Under the pieces are notes generated by a model. It was given only the letters and a program-made list of their open reading frames with translations. It searched no databases and was not told the DNA's origin. From contig JAFGWM010000085.1 of assembly GCA_016937155.1 (NCBI GenBank), positions 11,733 through 75,732 of the forward strand: a DNA stretch of 64,000 nt, given 5' to 3'. The translations under genes were made by a program, and so were the position numbers. Below, piece after piece: positions 18,113 through 27,315 of the stretch. The stretch comes from Deltaproteobacteria bacterium. Its GTDB lineage: Bacteria > Myxococcota_A > Polyangia > HGW-17. Position 1 is the stretch's first letter, and the number at the start of each line of letters is the position of its first letter.

Positions 18113-20809
18113 ATGAAAGAAAGTTATTTCAGTGAGTTGGAACCTACACTTGCTGGTGTACTCAGAGTGATTCCAGATCTGCTCTTTGTTACTGATGAAA
18201 AAGGGATTTTTCTGGATTTTAACTTATTTACAACAATTCCACTTGCCCTTCCAAGAGAAAAAATTATTGGAAGTTCATACAAGGATCTTGGATTTGACAG
18301 GGAAACGTTGAAGCGTCTGGATCAGGCGAGAGAGAGTGCAAACATCACCGGGAAGGTACAAAAAACTGAATATTCTCTTGAACCTGTTCCAGGTAAAAAA
18401 GAGTATTTTGTAGTCAGATTTGTACGCATCAAACCTGACAGAATACTCAGTATAGTAAAGGATGTAACTGAGGAAAAACAGCTAACTGAAAAACTGAATA
18501 TGCTGGGACAGGGTATCACTCAATCTCTGGACGGTGTAGCTGTAGTTGACAAAAATGGTCAGATCATTTTTTCCAATCTCTCATGGGCGAAGATCCATAA
18601 CTGGGAAACTTCAGAAACACTGAATGCCAACATAGGTGATTTTCATTCAGAAAAGCAGATGAATGAGGAAGTAATTCCATTTAACTTAAAAGTAAAAGAA
18701 TTTGGATCATGGACAGGGGAAGTTGGCCATATAAAAAAGGATGGAACAGCATTTCCATGTTTAATGACAACAACAGAGCTTAAAGACAGTAGTGGAGAGG
18801 TCCTTGGACTTATAGGCATAGCCAGAGATATCACAGAACAAAAAGAAAGAGAAAATGAACTTGAGCGGGCAAAGAATAAAGCTCAGGAAGCCAGTGATAA
18901 AAAATCAAAATTTCTGGCAAGTTTGAGCCATGAAATCAGAACACCGATGAATGGAATAATTGGTCTGAGTGAACTTCTTTTAGAAAACGAAACATCTGAC
19001 GATAAAAAAGATTATCTGGGAATGATTCTTTCCAGTGCGAAATCACTTATGAACATTATAAATGATATTCTGGATGTCAGCAGAATAGAGGCAGGTAAAG
19101 AAAATCTGGTTCAGGTAGAATTCGATCCAAGACAGGTAATAACAGAAACACTTTCCACACTTTCTGTAGAATCTTCAAGAAAATCCATCAATATTGACCA
19201 TATAATTTCATCCACTGTTTCCAGACGAATAATCAGTGATCCCACCAGACTCGCCCAGATTATTTCCAATATTTCTATAAATGCAGTGAAATACAGTAAA
19301 AGTGGTCCAGTTAAGGTGCTTGTAGATACTGAACATTTCAACGATCAGGATATTCTGGTTATAAATATAACCGATCACGGAGATGGCCTTTCCCCTCAGG
19401 ACCTTGAAAAAATCTGGATTCCATACGAAAGACTTTCCAGTTCCAGAAACACTAATATGACTGGAAGCGGATTGGGTCTGAGTATTGCAAAACAGCTGTG
19501 TGAATTACTGGGGGGATCAATCTCAGTTGAAAGTGAAAAGAATTCCGGAACAACATTTACAATTAAAATTCCGGTAAAACTGCCCTCTGAGAAACAATCA
19601 TCTGGTTATGACTCAGAACAGACACTTATCAAATCAGCTATGATCCTCAGTAAAAACAAAACTCTGTCCGATGGATTGAATGAATTTCTTAAAACCATGA
19701 AGATACACACTATTTCAACGGATAATCCTGTTGAAGCTGTATCTCTGATGGAAAATTTTTCCGAGCAGAACTCTCCAGAATTTGTAGTTATTGATACTGA
19801 AATTGACAGTTCGACTGATTATATTTTTTCTCAGTTTCTTGGAAATCTGAACAGATACAGTAAAAATTCCATTTTGTTTGTTATCAGAGCAGGCAACTCA
19901 GAAATACGTCAGGTTTACCAGAGTCTTGGTTACTCTAATTTTCTCACTGCCCCAGTAATTTTTTCGCATTTCATGAGAATTATTAAAAAAGCAGGCACGT
20001 CAAAAACTTTTACTCAAAATGCTCTGGAAAAGCTTCCTGCTTTTATTTCCGGATGCAACGCCCTTGTTTGTGAAGATAACGTTGTCAATCAGAAACTGGC
20101 AACTGTTCTTCTGGAAAAAGTAGGGTGCAAAGTTGATATCGCATCAAATGGAATTGAGGCGGTTGAGAAGGTTGAAGATAAATTTTATGACATAATTCTG
20201 ATGGACGTGGAAATGCCTACAATGGACGGATTGAGTGCAACACGTCATATAAGAAAATATCAGAATACACACAACTATGGAGAGCCTGTAATCATAGGTC
20301 TCACAGCGGGGGCAATGCCCGGTGACAGGGAAAAATGCCTTGAAGCTGGAATGAATATTTATATTCCTAAACCCTTAAAAGTTAAAGATTTTTATAATAC
20401 ACTAATATCTTCGCTGAATTCTGGAAATACTCCGAAAAAGGAAAATAAAATGCATATAGGTGAATTACTCAACCTCGCGAATTTAAAAGAAAGATATGGA
20501 GATGATTTCGAGCTTCTTTCAGAACTGATTAATATGTTTTCTGAAGATTATCCGGATTATATAAATGCTATTCGAACTGCACTTTCGGTTGGAGATTTCA
20601 ACTCCGTCAGAAAAAACGCACATACACTGAAAGGCTCCATATCAAATTTTGATGCAACAGAGGCAACCAGTCTGGCTTTCAGCATAGAAAAATCAGCATC
20701 TGACCAGAACGTAAATGAATTAAAACAAAAATTACTCAGACTTGAAGATGAAATCCGGAAAATGATTAATGCTATTTTGCTGCTGATTGATGAGGGATGG
20801 CCAATTTAA
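18113..20809 (+). CDS. hybrid sensor histidine kinase (PAS-PAS-HisKA-HATPase-REC-HPt)
   Basis: H-box LSHEIRTPMNGI, G-boxes (GSGLGLSI), receiver (DIILMDVEMPTMDG) and C-terminal HPt (HTLKGSISNF). GGAGAAA RBS. Confidence 0.9.
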   Translation: MKESYFSELEPTLAGVLRVIPDLLFVTDEKGIFLDFNLFTTIPLALPREKIIGSSYKDLGFDRETLKRLDQARESANITGKVQKTEYSLEPVPGKKEYFVVRFVRIKPDRILSIVKDVTEEKQLTEKLNMLGQGITQSLDGVAVVDKNGQIIFSNLSWAKIHNWETSETLNANIGDFHSEKQMNEEVIPFNLKVKEFGSWTGEVGHIKKDGTAFPCLMTTTELKDSSGEVLGLIGIARDITEQKERENELERAKNKAQEASDKKSKFLASLSHEIRTPMNGIIGLSELLLENETSDDKKDYLGMILSSAKSLMNIINDILDVSRIEAGKENLVQVEFDPRQVITETLSTLSVESSRKSINIDHIISSTVSRRIISDPTRLAQIISNISINAVKYSKSGPVKVLVDTEHFNDQDILVINITDHGDGLSPQDLEKIWIPYERLSSSRNTNMTGSGLGLSIAKQLCELLGGSISVESEKNSGTTFTIKIPVKLPSEKQSSGYDSEQTLIKSAMILSKNKTLSDGLNEFLKTMKIHTISTDNPVEAVSLMENFSEQNSPEFVVIDTEIDSSTDYIFSQFLGNLNRYSKNSILFVIRAGNSEIRQVYQSLGYSNFLTAPVIFSHFMRIIKKAGTSKTFTQNALEKLPAFISGCNALVCEDNVVNQKLATVLLEKVGCKVDIASNGIEAVEKVEDKFYDIILMDVEMPTMDGLSATRHIRKYQNTHNYGEPVIIGLTAGAMPGDREKCLEAGMNIYIPKPLKVKDFYNTLISSLNSGNTPKKENKMHIGELLNLANLKERYGDDFELLSELINMFSEDYPDYINAIRTALSVGDFNSVRKNAHTLKGSISNFDATEATSLAFSIEKSASDQNVNELKQKLLRLEDEIRKMINAILLLIDEGWPI

Positions 20810-20871
20810 ACTCCAACAAAAAGTTATCCTGAAAATAAGGATGAAGCTTTTTACCTTCTCTTTGTAAAATA

Positions 20872-21723
20872 TCAGGCGCTTCTTGTGGCCATAAAATCAG
20901 TTAGCTCTTTAAAAAAGTCCTTATTGGTAAGTGGAGTCGATTCTATGGACTCAATCGTCTGCTTTCTGAGTTCCTCAATAAAATTTCTGGTTCCTTCAAT
21001 CCCAAGTTCATCAACGATAGTTCTTTTATCTGACAGTCTATCCTTACCAGGGGTTTTTCCAAGTTCAACAAGATTTCCTGTAACATCAAGTAAATCATCA
21101 ACAACCTGAAACATTTCACCCATATATTTACCCGTGCTGACAATATGTGAATTTTCCTTCATTCCACTTAGAATCATTGCCATTTTAAAAGGTAATTCCA
21201 ACATCAGAGATGTTTTGTAAAAATTAATTTCCTTTATGTCTTTATGACGTGGCTGACATGTATCCATAACCTGTCCGCTTACCATACCCAGAGATGCTGA
21301 GGAAAGCTCCCTTACAAGTTTTATTGCCATATCACCCTGAATGGATGATAAAACAGAAAATGCAGCAGTAAGAAGAGCATCGCCAGCTAATATTGCCATA
21401 TCCTCACCAGCATATTTATGTAGAGAAGGTTTACCTCTTCTCAGATCATCATTATCCATTGAAGGGAGATCGTCATGAATAAGACTGTAGGTATGAACAA
21501 ATTCTATAGCCATAGCTGACTTCAGAGCATCATTATCAATCCGGTAATTCAACCCATCAAGGGTGCTTAAAAGCAAAACAGGGCGTATTCTTTTACCTCC
21601 ATTACCAGCGCTGTACATACAACTGACTCTGAGAGATTCAGGAAAAAACAATGAGGGGGCCTCCTGACTCAAAAATGACTCAAAAAGATCAAGATAATAA
21701 TAGTATTTCTTTCCTGGCCCCAT
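20872..21723 (-). CDS. ispA: polyprenyl diphosphate synthase (FPP/GGPP synthase family)
   Basis: First and second Asp-rich motifs (LIHDDLPSMDNDDLRRG; FQVVDDLLD). Confidence 0.85.
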   Translation of the reverse strand: MGPGKKYYYYLDLFESFLSQEAPSLFFPESLRVSCMYSAGNGGKRIRPVLLLSTLDGLNYRIDNDALKSAMAIEFVHTYSLIHDDLPSMDNDDLRRGKPSLHKYAGEDMAILAGDALLTAAFSVLSSIQGDMAIKLVRELSSASLGMVSGQVMDTCQPRHKDIKEINFYKTSLMLELPFKMAMILSGMKENSHIVSTGKYMGEMFQVVDDLLDVTGNLVELGKTPGKDRLSDKRTIVDELGIEGTRNFIEELRKQTIESIESTPLTNKDFFKELTDFMATRSA

Positions 21724-22853
21724 CAGTTAATACTCCTGTCAGCGTTTTCGTATCTTGCAATAAAAGAAGTCGCAAACTGCTCATAGGTGCCATTGACTAT
21801 TGCCTCTCTTGCTCTTCTCACAATTGAGAGATAGTAGTGAAGATTATGTACAGTTGCCAGAGAGTGATATAAAAGCTCCTTGGTTCTGAAAAGATGAGCA
21901 AGATATCCCCTTGAAAAACCTCCCGAACATGTTTCACAGGTGCATTCGTGACTTATCGGTTCATGTGAATTACGGTGCCTTGAGTTTGAAATGACAATGA
22001 CACCATCATCCGTAAAAAGTTGACCATTTCTTGCATTACGGCTTGGCATTACACAGTCAAACATATCAACACCGTTTAATACTCCGGTAACGATATCTAT
22101 CGGAGTGCCAACCCCCATCAGATATCGTGGTTTCTGATGAGGCATAAGATGAACTACTGACTCAAGAATTCTATACATATCAGGAATCGGCTCACCAACA
22201 CTCAAACCACCTATCGCCAGACCGTCAAAATCCAGTGCTGCGATTTCTTCCATATGTGATTTTCTCAGGTCCTCATAAATTCCACCCTGAAAAATTCCAA
22301 ATTTCGCCTGCCATGGTTTCATCTCATACGTTGAACACCTTGCTGCCCATGCTGTAGTGCGACGCATCGCACTTTCAATTGTTTTTCTGTCAGCATCTCC
22401 AGGGGGACACTGATCAAAAGCCATGGCTATATCAGAGCCAAGCTTTTTCTGAATTCCCATTGCCACTTCAGGATTAAAAAACCTGTTTGAACCATCAACA
22501 GGACTCTTAAAGGAAACTCCATCATCATTAATGTCAGCAAGTCTTGCAAGAGAGAAAACCTGAAAACCACCACTGTCAGTAAGGATTGGCTTCTCCCATC
22601 TCATAAAACCATGAAGTGAATCAAACTCCTCAATAAAGTCCTCACCTGGTCTTTCATGTAAATGGAATGTATTTCCAAGTATTATTTCCGCATCAAGTTT
22701 TTTCAATGAAGATGGATGAACTGATTTTACACTTCCATAGGTTCCAACGGGCATAAAAATTGGTGTTCTGATTGTTCCTCTGGTTGTTTCAATCACCCCA
22801 CTGCGCGCCCTACCACATTGATTCTGTATTTTAAAAATAAATTTTTTATTCAC
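21723..22853 (-). CDS. tgt: queuine tRNA-ribosyltransferase
   Basis: FMPVGT, DSGGFQ, zinc site CTCETC. Probable GTG start; overlaps the ispA start by 1 nt. Confidence 0.9.
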   Translation of the reverse strand: MNKKFIFKIQNQCGRARSGVIETTRGTIRTPIFMPVGTYGSVKSVHPSSLKKLDAEIILGNTFHLHERPGEDFIEEFDSLHGFMRWEKPILTDSGGFQVFSLARLADINDDGVSFKSPVDGSNRFFNPEVAMGIQKKLGSDIAMAFDQCPPGDADRKTIESAMRRTTAWAARCSTYEMKPWQAKFGIFQGGIYEDLRKSHMEEIAALDFDGLAIGGLSVGEPIPDMYRILESVVHLMPHQKPRYLMGVGTPIDIVTGVLNGVDMFDCVMPSRNARNGQLFTDDGVIVISNSRHRNSHEPISHECTCETCSGGFSRGYLAHLFRTKELLYHSLATVHNLHYYLSIVRRAREAIVNGTYEQFATSFIARYENADRSIN

Positions 22854-22879
22854 TTATTAATTCTCTTTCAAAAAAAAAT

Positions 22880-23911
22880 TTACAAAAGCAGCATTGCATC
22901 GCCGTAACTGAAAAATCTATATTTCATCTTAATTGCTTTTTTATATGATTCCATAATTATTTCCCTTGTTCTGAGGGCACTCACAAGCATTAACAATGTA
23001 CTTTTGGGAAGATGGAAATTTGTAAGCAGCCCGTCAACAATCTTAAAATCATAAGGAGGCGTGATAAAAATATCTGTATCTCCGGACCCTGCGTTCAGTT
23101 TTCTTTTACCTGATGCAGCACCTTCAAGAGCCCTCAGAGATGTGGTTCCCACTGCTATAATTTTTTGTTTAGGATGGGCATTGTTTATTAAATCTGCAAC
23201 ACCTGAAGGAATATTGAAAAATTCTGTGTGCATTTCATGATCATCTGTGTCCGAAACCTTCACTGGTGCAAAAGTACCAATACCAACATGGAGTGTTATA
23301 TAAGCAATTGTAATACCATTATTTTCAAGCTCACTTATAAGTTCAGGTGTAAAATGCAATCCTGCTGTGGGCGCAGCTACAGCTCCCGCTTTCCGTGCAT
23401 AAACAGTCTGATATGTACTTCTATCGGTATCAGCATCGGGTCTTTCAATGTAGGGTGGCAGTGGAATATGTCCCCATTCCTCCAGAAAATCCCAGATCTC
23501 ACCCTCACAGGGAAATTTCAAAGTGATTTCCCTGGCAGTGCCACTTTCTAAAACAGTAATTGGGGAGCTTAAACCACCTTCATTGTTTATGACATTCAGT
23601 TCCTCTCCCTTTTTTGGCCTTCTGGATGCCTTAAAAATACTTTTCCAGATATTTCCATTACCTTTTGTAAGAAGAAGTTCAACACTCCCTCCGGTTTTTT
23701 TTCTGGTAAAAAGCCTCGCGGGAATAACTCTGGTATCATTAAAGACAAGAATTGAATCTCTGGGAAGCAGCTGCTTTATATCTGTGAAAACTCCGTGATT
23801 AAGTTCTCCATTTTTACCTATTGACATAAGCCGGGAAGAACTCCTTGGAGTAACCGGATACTGGGCTATCAATTTAGCGGGAAGCTCAAAATCAAAAAGA
23901 TCTACTTTCAA
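22880..23911 (-). CDS. queA: S-adenosylmethionine:tRNA ribosyltransferase-isomerase
   Basis: MKVDLFDFELPAKLIAQYP N-terminus and conserved QueA core. Confidence 0.9.
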   Translation of the reverse strand: MKVDLFDFELPAKLIAQYPVTPRSSSRLMSIGKNGELNHGVFTDIKQLLPRDSILVFNDTRVIPARLFTRKKTGGSVELLLTKGNGNIWKSIFKASRRPKKGEELNVINNEGGLSSPITVLESGTAREITLKFPCEGEIWDFLEEWGHIPLPPYIERPDADTDRSTYQTVYARKAGAVAAPTAGLHFTPELISELENNGITIAYITLHVGIGTFAPVKVSDTDDHEMHTEFFNIPSGVADLINNAHPKQKIIAVGTTSLRALEGAASGKRKLNAGSGDTDIFITPPYDFKIVDGLLTNFHLPKSTLLMLVSALRTREIIMESYKKAIKMKYRFFSYGDAMLLL

Positions 23912-23928
23912 AATTTTCCTCTGTCTTA

Positions 23929-24765
23929 TTATGGGAAGGACTGGATAGCTTTAGCGCGAATAACCTTAATCTCAAAATTTCCCTGTACAAAACCACCGGC
24001 GGTGACCTCATCGCAAATATCTTCATCCACCGTACCATCGCCATCATTGTCCAAACCGTCACCACATATTTCATTAGCGGTATACAGGGCTCTGCGATTA
24101 CCAAGAGTGAAAAAATAGATACCACTCACTGTGTCTCCAAAATCAATCTTAAAATCATCCGGAATTTCCTGGCCCCTGACAGCAGAACCAAACTGACACA
24201 AAATTATGCAACTCTGCCCCTTTGAAAAGGGAGCCTGAGGAACCCTGAAACTGTTTTCAAGGGTGCCGTAATCAACACCACTGCATAGTTCATTTTGCTC
24301 TTCTATGGTGAGTACAGGACAAGCATCCCCTTCATAATAAGCATCCGGGCCATCGTAAAAAGATGGACAAGTGAGGTATAAGCCCAATGTGGCGCTGACA
24401 TTCTCATCAGGGCCCACCGGAAGAGGCAAACCCTGTGAAAAAAGCCTTGCTGCCAGAGCTGCCCTGGTAATCTGAATATACAAAACATCAGTATCAGCTA
24501 AAGTATTAGAACCCCTCTGCATCCTGATATCAAAACGATGATTTCTCGGAACTGCACTTTCATCAAGAACCGGCTCACCTACAAAAAAGTTTGCCATCAT
24601 ATCAAAGTAAGCCTTATTTGTTACAGATCCATAGTTGTCAGATTCTTCACATCCAAGAATAAAGAATTCTCCCTCAACAACCCCGCTACCTTCAGGGGTA
24701 GTACACCCCACAGTAAAAACTGTCTGAAAACAAACAAGTAAAGAAAATAATAAGTACCGTTTCAT
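23929..24765 (-). CDS. hypothetical lipoprotein with C-terminal CGDGxDNDGDG calcium-binding-like motif
   Basis: The likely start is MKRYLLFSLLVCFQTVFTVGC (lipobox) at 24765; the track start at 24840 adds 25 aa of unlikely extension. Confidence 0.55.
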   Translation of the reverse strand: MKRYLLFSLLVCFQTVFTVGCTTPEGSGVVEGEFFILGCEESDNYGSVTNKAYFDMMANFFVGEPVLDESAVPRNHRFDIRMQRGSNTLADTDVLYIQITRAALAARLFSQGLPLPVGPDENVSATLGLYLTCPSFYDGPDAYYEGDACPVLTIEEQNELCSGVDYGTLENSFRVPQAPFSKGQSCIILCQFGSAVRGQEIPDDFKIDFGDTVSGIYFFTLGNRRALYTANEICGDGLDNDGDGTVDEDICDEVTAGGFVQGNFEIKVIRAKAIQSFP

Positions 24766-24908
24766 CACTGGATGTTTTATATCATAACTCTGAATATTCA
24801 ACTGAAAAATTCTGAAACAAACGTAGACAACCATGTACAAGTGTAATTCCCGCTTTTCTTCAGTTTTGATTTTTCGTTTTACACTTAACCGGAGACTTTC
24901 AGGTATAT

Positions 24909-25124
24909 TTATTTCCGAGATTTCACTGATGCCAGAGATACTACGTTGTTATCACTATCCAGCACCACAATTCCTGAAATATGCATTAATTCGATGAAGG
25001 AAACAATATTCTGTAGATTACTCATTTCTATCCTGACAAAATGAACGCCTTCACTGAGAACTTCTTTCATTTTTTCAGTGTTTGAAACTTTTTCTGGTTC
25101 TACCGAGACGATATTTTTTGACAT
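24909..25124 (-). CDS. small hypothetical protein (71 aa)
   Basis: ORF in operon orientation with weak GGGAAA SD; no domain recognised. Confidence 0.3.
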   Translation of the reverse strand: MSKNIVSVEPEKVSNTEKMKEVLSEGVHFVRIEMSNLQNIVSFIELMHISGIVVLDSDNNVVSLASVKSRK

Positions 25125-25228
25125 TTTCCCAATTCTTTTATTTTTATTTCCTGTCTACAGATGATAATTAAAATAATCCTTATGTCAAACAGTTTCTGGT
25201 ATTATTTTTTAAGGATAAGTACAGACAT

Positions 25229-25795
25229 TCAGACAGACAGGTTCTGGTCAGAGACAGAATTTAATGAAACCAGTAAAAATCTCCAGAATAAAAAAACCAG
25301 TATTCCTGCAGTAATACCAGTAAAATCAAGAAACACATCAAACGAATCTGCGGTCCGTCCCGGAACAAAATATTGATGAATTTCATCCAAAATACCGAGA
25401 GACACACCAGATAAAACAGTAAACACAATGGATACCGTCCATTTTTGATAGGAGATGAAAAAGGAACGGATAATCAGGAAACCAAGTGCCCCGAATTCCA
25501 GAGGATGAAAATAATTCCCCTTTAATCCTGAAACTCCTGATATTGAAGCATTACTTAAGATCGATATAATAAGAAAATATCCTGCAACTCCAAAAAATCT
25601 ACGAAAACCTGTTGGAATTCCAAAATCGTATTTCACAAGGGAAACTATTCCCATAAAAACCAAAAGCACAAGGATCTGTAAGTAAACCGGGTGTTTTAAA
25701 TTATAAAAAAATATCAGTCCGGATACAACGGGAACCTGTAGAAAAAAAAACACACTTAAGAGATATTTATCAATAAATTTCAGCATATTACCCAA
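25229..25795 (-). CDS. VanZ-family membrane protein
   Basis: LDEIHQYFVPGR motif characteristic of VanZ-like proteins; 4-5 TM helices. Confidence 0.7.
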   Translation of the reverse strand: MGNMLKFIDKYLLSVFFFLQVPVVSGLIFFYNLKHPVYLQILVLLVFMGIVSLVKYDFGIPTGFRRFFGVAGYFLIISILSNASISGVSGLKGNYFHPLEFGALGFLIIRSFFISYQKWTVSIVFTVLSGVSLGILDEIHQYFVPGRTADSFDVFLDFTGITAGILVFLFWRFLLVSLNSVSDQNLSV

Positions 25796-26672
25796 GAGGT
25801 GATGTAATCTGAGTAAGCCTTAGATATCGTGGGTTATGACCAGATATTTTATTTCTTCCGCTAAATTCAACCTGAAAAAAAGCGCCTCCATACATAACCC
25901 TGATTATTCTGGCCTCTTCAAGCGCATCCATATAGGGAGCCCATATCCACGCGCCCTTATTATATTTCTTTTTAAAATCCAGAAGAATCAAATTACTTCT
26001 GTCTACTTTAATGATCTGTCCCCCAAACCCAATGACGTAGTTACCACCAGCCCATTTGGATAGAAGAGCACCATTAAACCATCGACCTCTTTTTTTATAA
26101 AAAACCGGATAACCATGAACCGGAACCTTATTTTTAAAACTTCTTAAAAACTCATTGGGAAGTTCCCTGATTTTTTCACCACTTCCTATATAAAGTCTTA
26201 CAGTAGAGTTTTTTGAACGACTTCTGACCACAGTCCCCCATTCACTTGATAGTCCTATACTTGCAAGCACCAACTGATTCTTTTTTATTTTCCCTTTATT
26301 TTCAACTTTTACAAGAATTGCACCAGGGACCCAGAAACTCAGATTACCAGCATTACACTTTACCATTGATTCTGTAATTGCGCTGATTCTGCATATCCCA
26401 TAATTTACAATATCCCATCCATCAGAAAGAGGCACCGGCCCCCACACCATGTCACCGGGTTTTACCTGAGGAAGGGTTGTGGAACCTTCATAAAACGGAA
26501 ACTTTCTGCTAAGTTCTCTTTGATTTGCAAGTTTGCTGTTTAGCTTCTTTTTTAAAACAGAAATTGCAGGGTCTCTTCTTTTGGAAACTTCAGTTGAATT
26601 GGATTTACGTGGTTTGTCCTTTGTCTGACATGCAAAAAAAATTAACACAGAAAAATATAAAAACCACTTCAT
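25788..26672 (-). CDS. hypothetical lipoprotein
   Basis: Lipobox IFFAC; basic, beta-rich. Confidence 0.5.
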   Translation of the reverse strand: MKWFLYFSVLIFFACQTKDKPRKSNSTEVSKRRDPAISVLKKKLNSKLANQRELSRKFPFYEGSTTLPQVKPGDMVWGPVPLSDGWDIVNYGICRISAITESMVKCNAGNLSFWVPGAILVKVENKGKIKKNQLVLASIGLSSEWGTVVRSRSKNSTVRLYIGSGEKIRELPNEFLRSFKNKVPVHGYPVFYKKRGRWFNGALLSKWAGGNYVIGFGGQIIKVDRSNLILLDFKKKYNKGAWIWAPYMDALEEARIIRVMYGGAFFQVEFSGRNKISGHNPRYLRLTQITSPLG

Positions 26673-27307
26673 ATGGAGATCATCCCTTTTCGTAAAGCCA
26701 TGGTAACAGCCTCGACTCTGGTTTTCACATTCATCTTTCTGAAAATTCTTGAAAGAATTTTCTTCACATTGGTTCGACTTTTACCAAGTGCACTGCCAAC
26801 TTCTGGATTTGATAAACCTTTTGCTACAAGAGTCAGAACCTCAAGTTCAGATTCTGATAAATCCGGTTTTTCATCTTCAACACCACTACAGCTCACGAAA
26901 AGATTCCAGAATCTAGCAGCGAGAGCAGGCTCAATCACACTACCCCCTGAACTGATATCCTGTAGTGCTGCAACGATCTTTTTTAGAGGAGCTCCTTTTA
27001 CGAGATACCCCGCAGCACCGTCCTTTAATGCCTTAAAAACATTCTCTTCACAGGTAAAAGATGTAAGAACCAGAATCTCAGGTTTTACGGATTCATCCTG
27101 CAATTTCTGAATTAACCAGTGACCACCTTTCCCCGGCATCTCCAGATCAAGAATTAACAGATCCGACTCGAGCATTACATTGTTGTCAAAGGCTTTCTCC
27201 GCAGTATCTGATTCTCCTGTAATAAAAAACTCACCCAGTCTAGGTAAAATTCTGACAAGATTCTCTCTGTATTCTATATTGTCCTCACAAATAAAAACTT
27301 TAAGCAT
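26669..27307 (-). CDS. NarL/FixJ (LuxR)-family response regulator
   Basis: REC domain (DLLILDLEMPG) plus LuxR HTH (LSESELEVLTLVAKGLSNPEVGSAL). 4-nt overlap with the downstream gene. Confidence 0.85.
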   Translation of the reverse strand: MLKVFICEDNIEYRENLVRILPRLGEFFITGESDTAEKAFDNNVMLESDLLILDLEMPGKGGHWLIQKLQDESVKPEILVLTSFTCEENVFKALKDGAAGYLVKGAPLKKIVAALQDISSGGSVIEPALAARFWNLFVSCSGVEDEKPDLSESELEVLTLVAKGLSNPEVGSALGKSRTNVKKILSRIFRKMNVKTRVEAVTMALRKGMISI

Positions 27308-27315
27308 CTTTTTGC

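Noticed and set aside
20810-20871. Bidirectional intrinsic terminator between the convergent histidine kinase and ispA
   Set aside because: Only a weak AAGG...CCTT stem with a long loop; not convincing without folding energy calculation.
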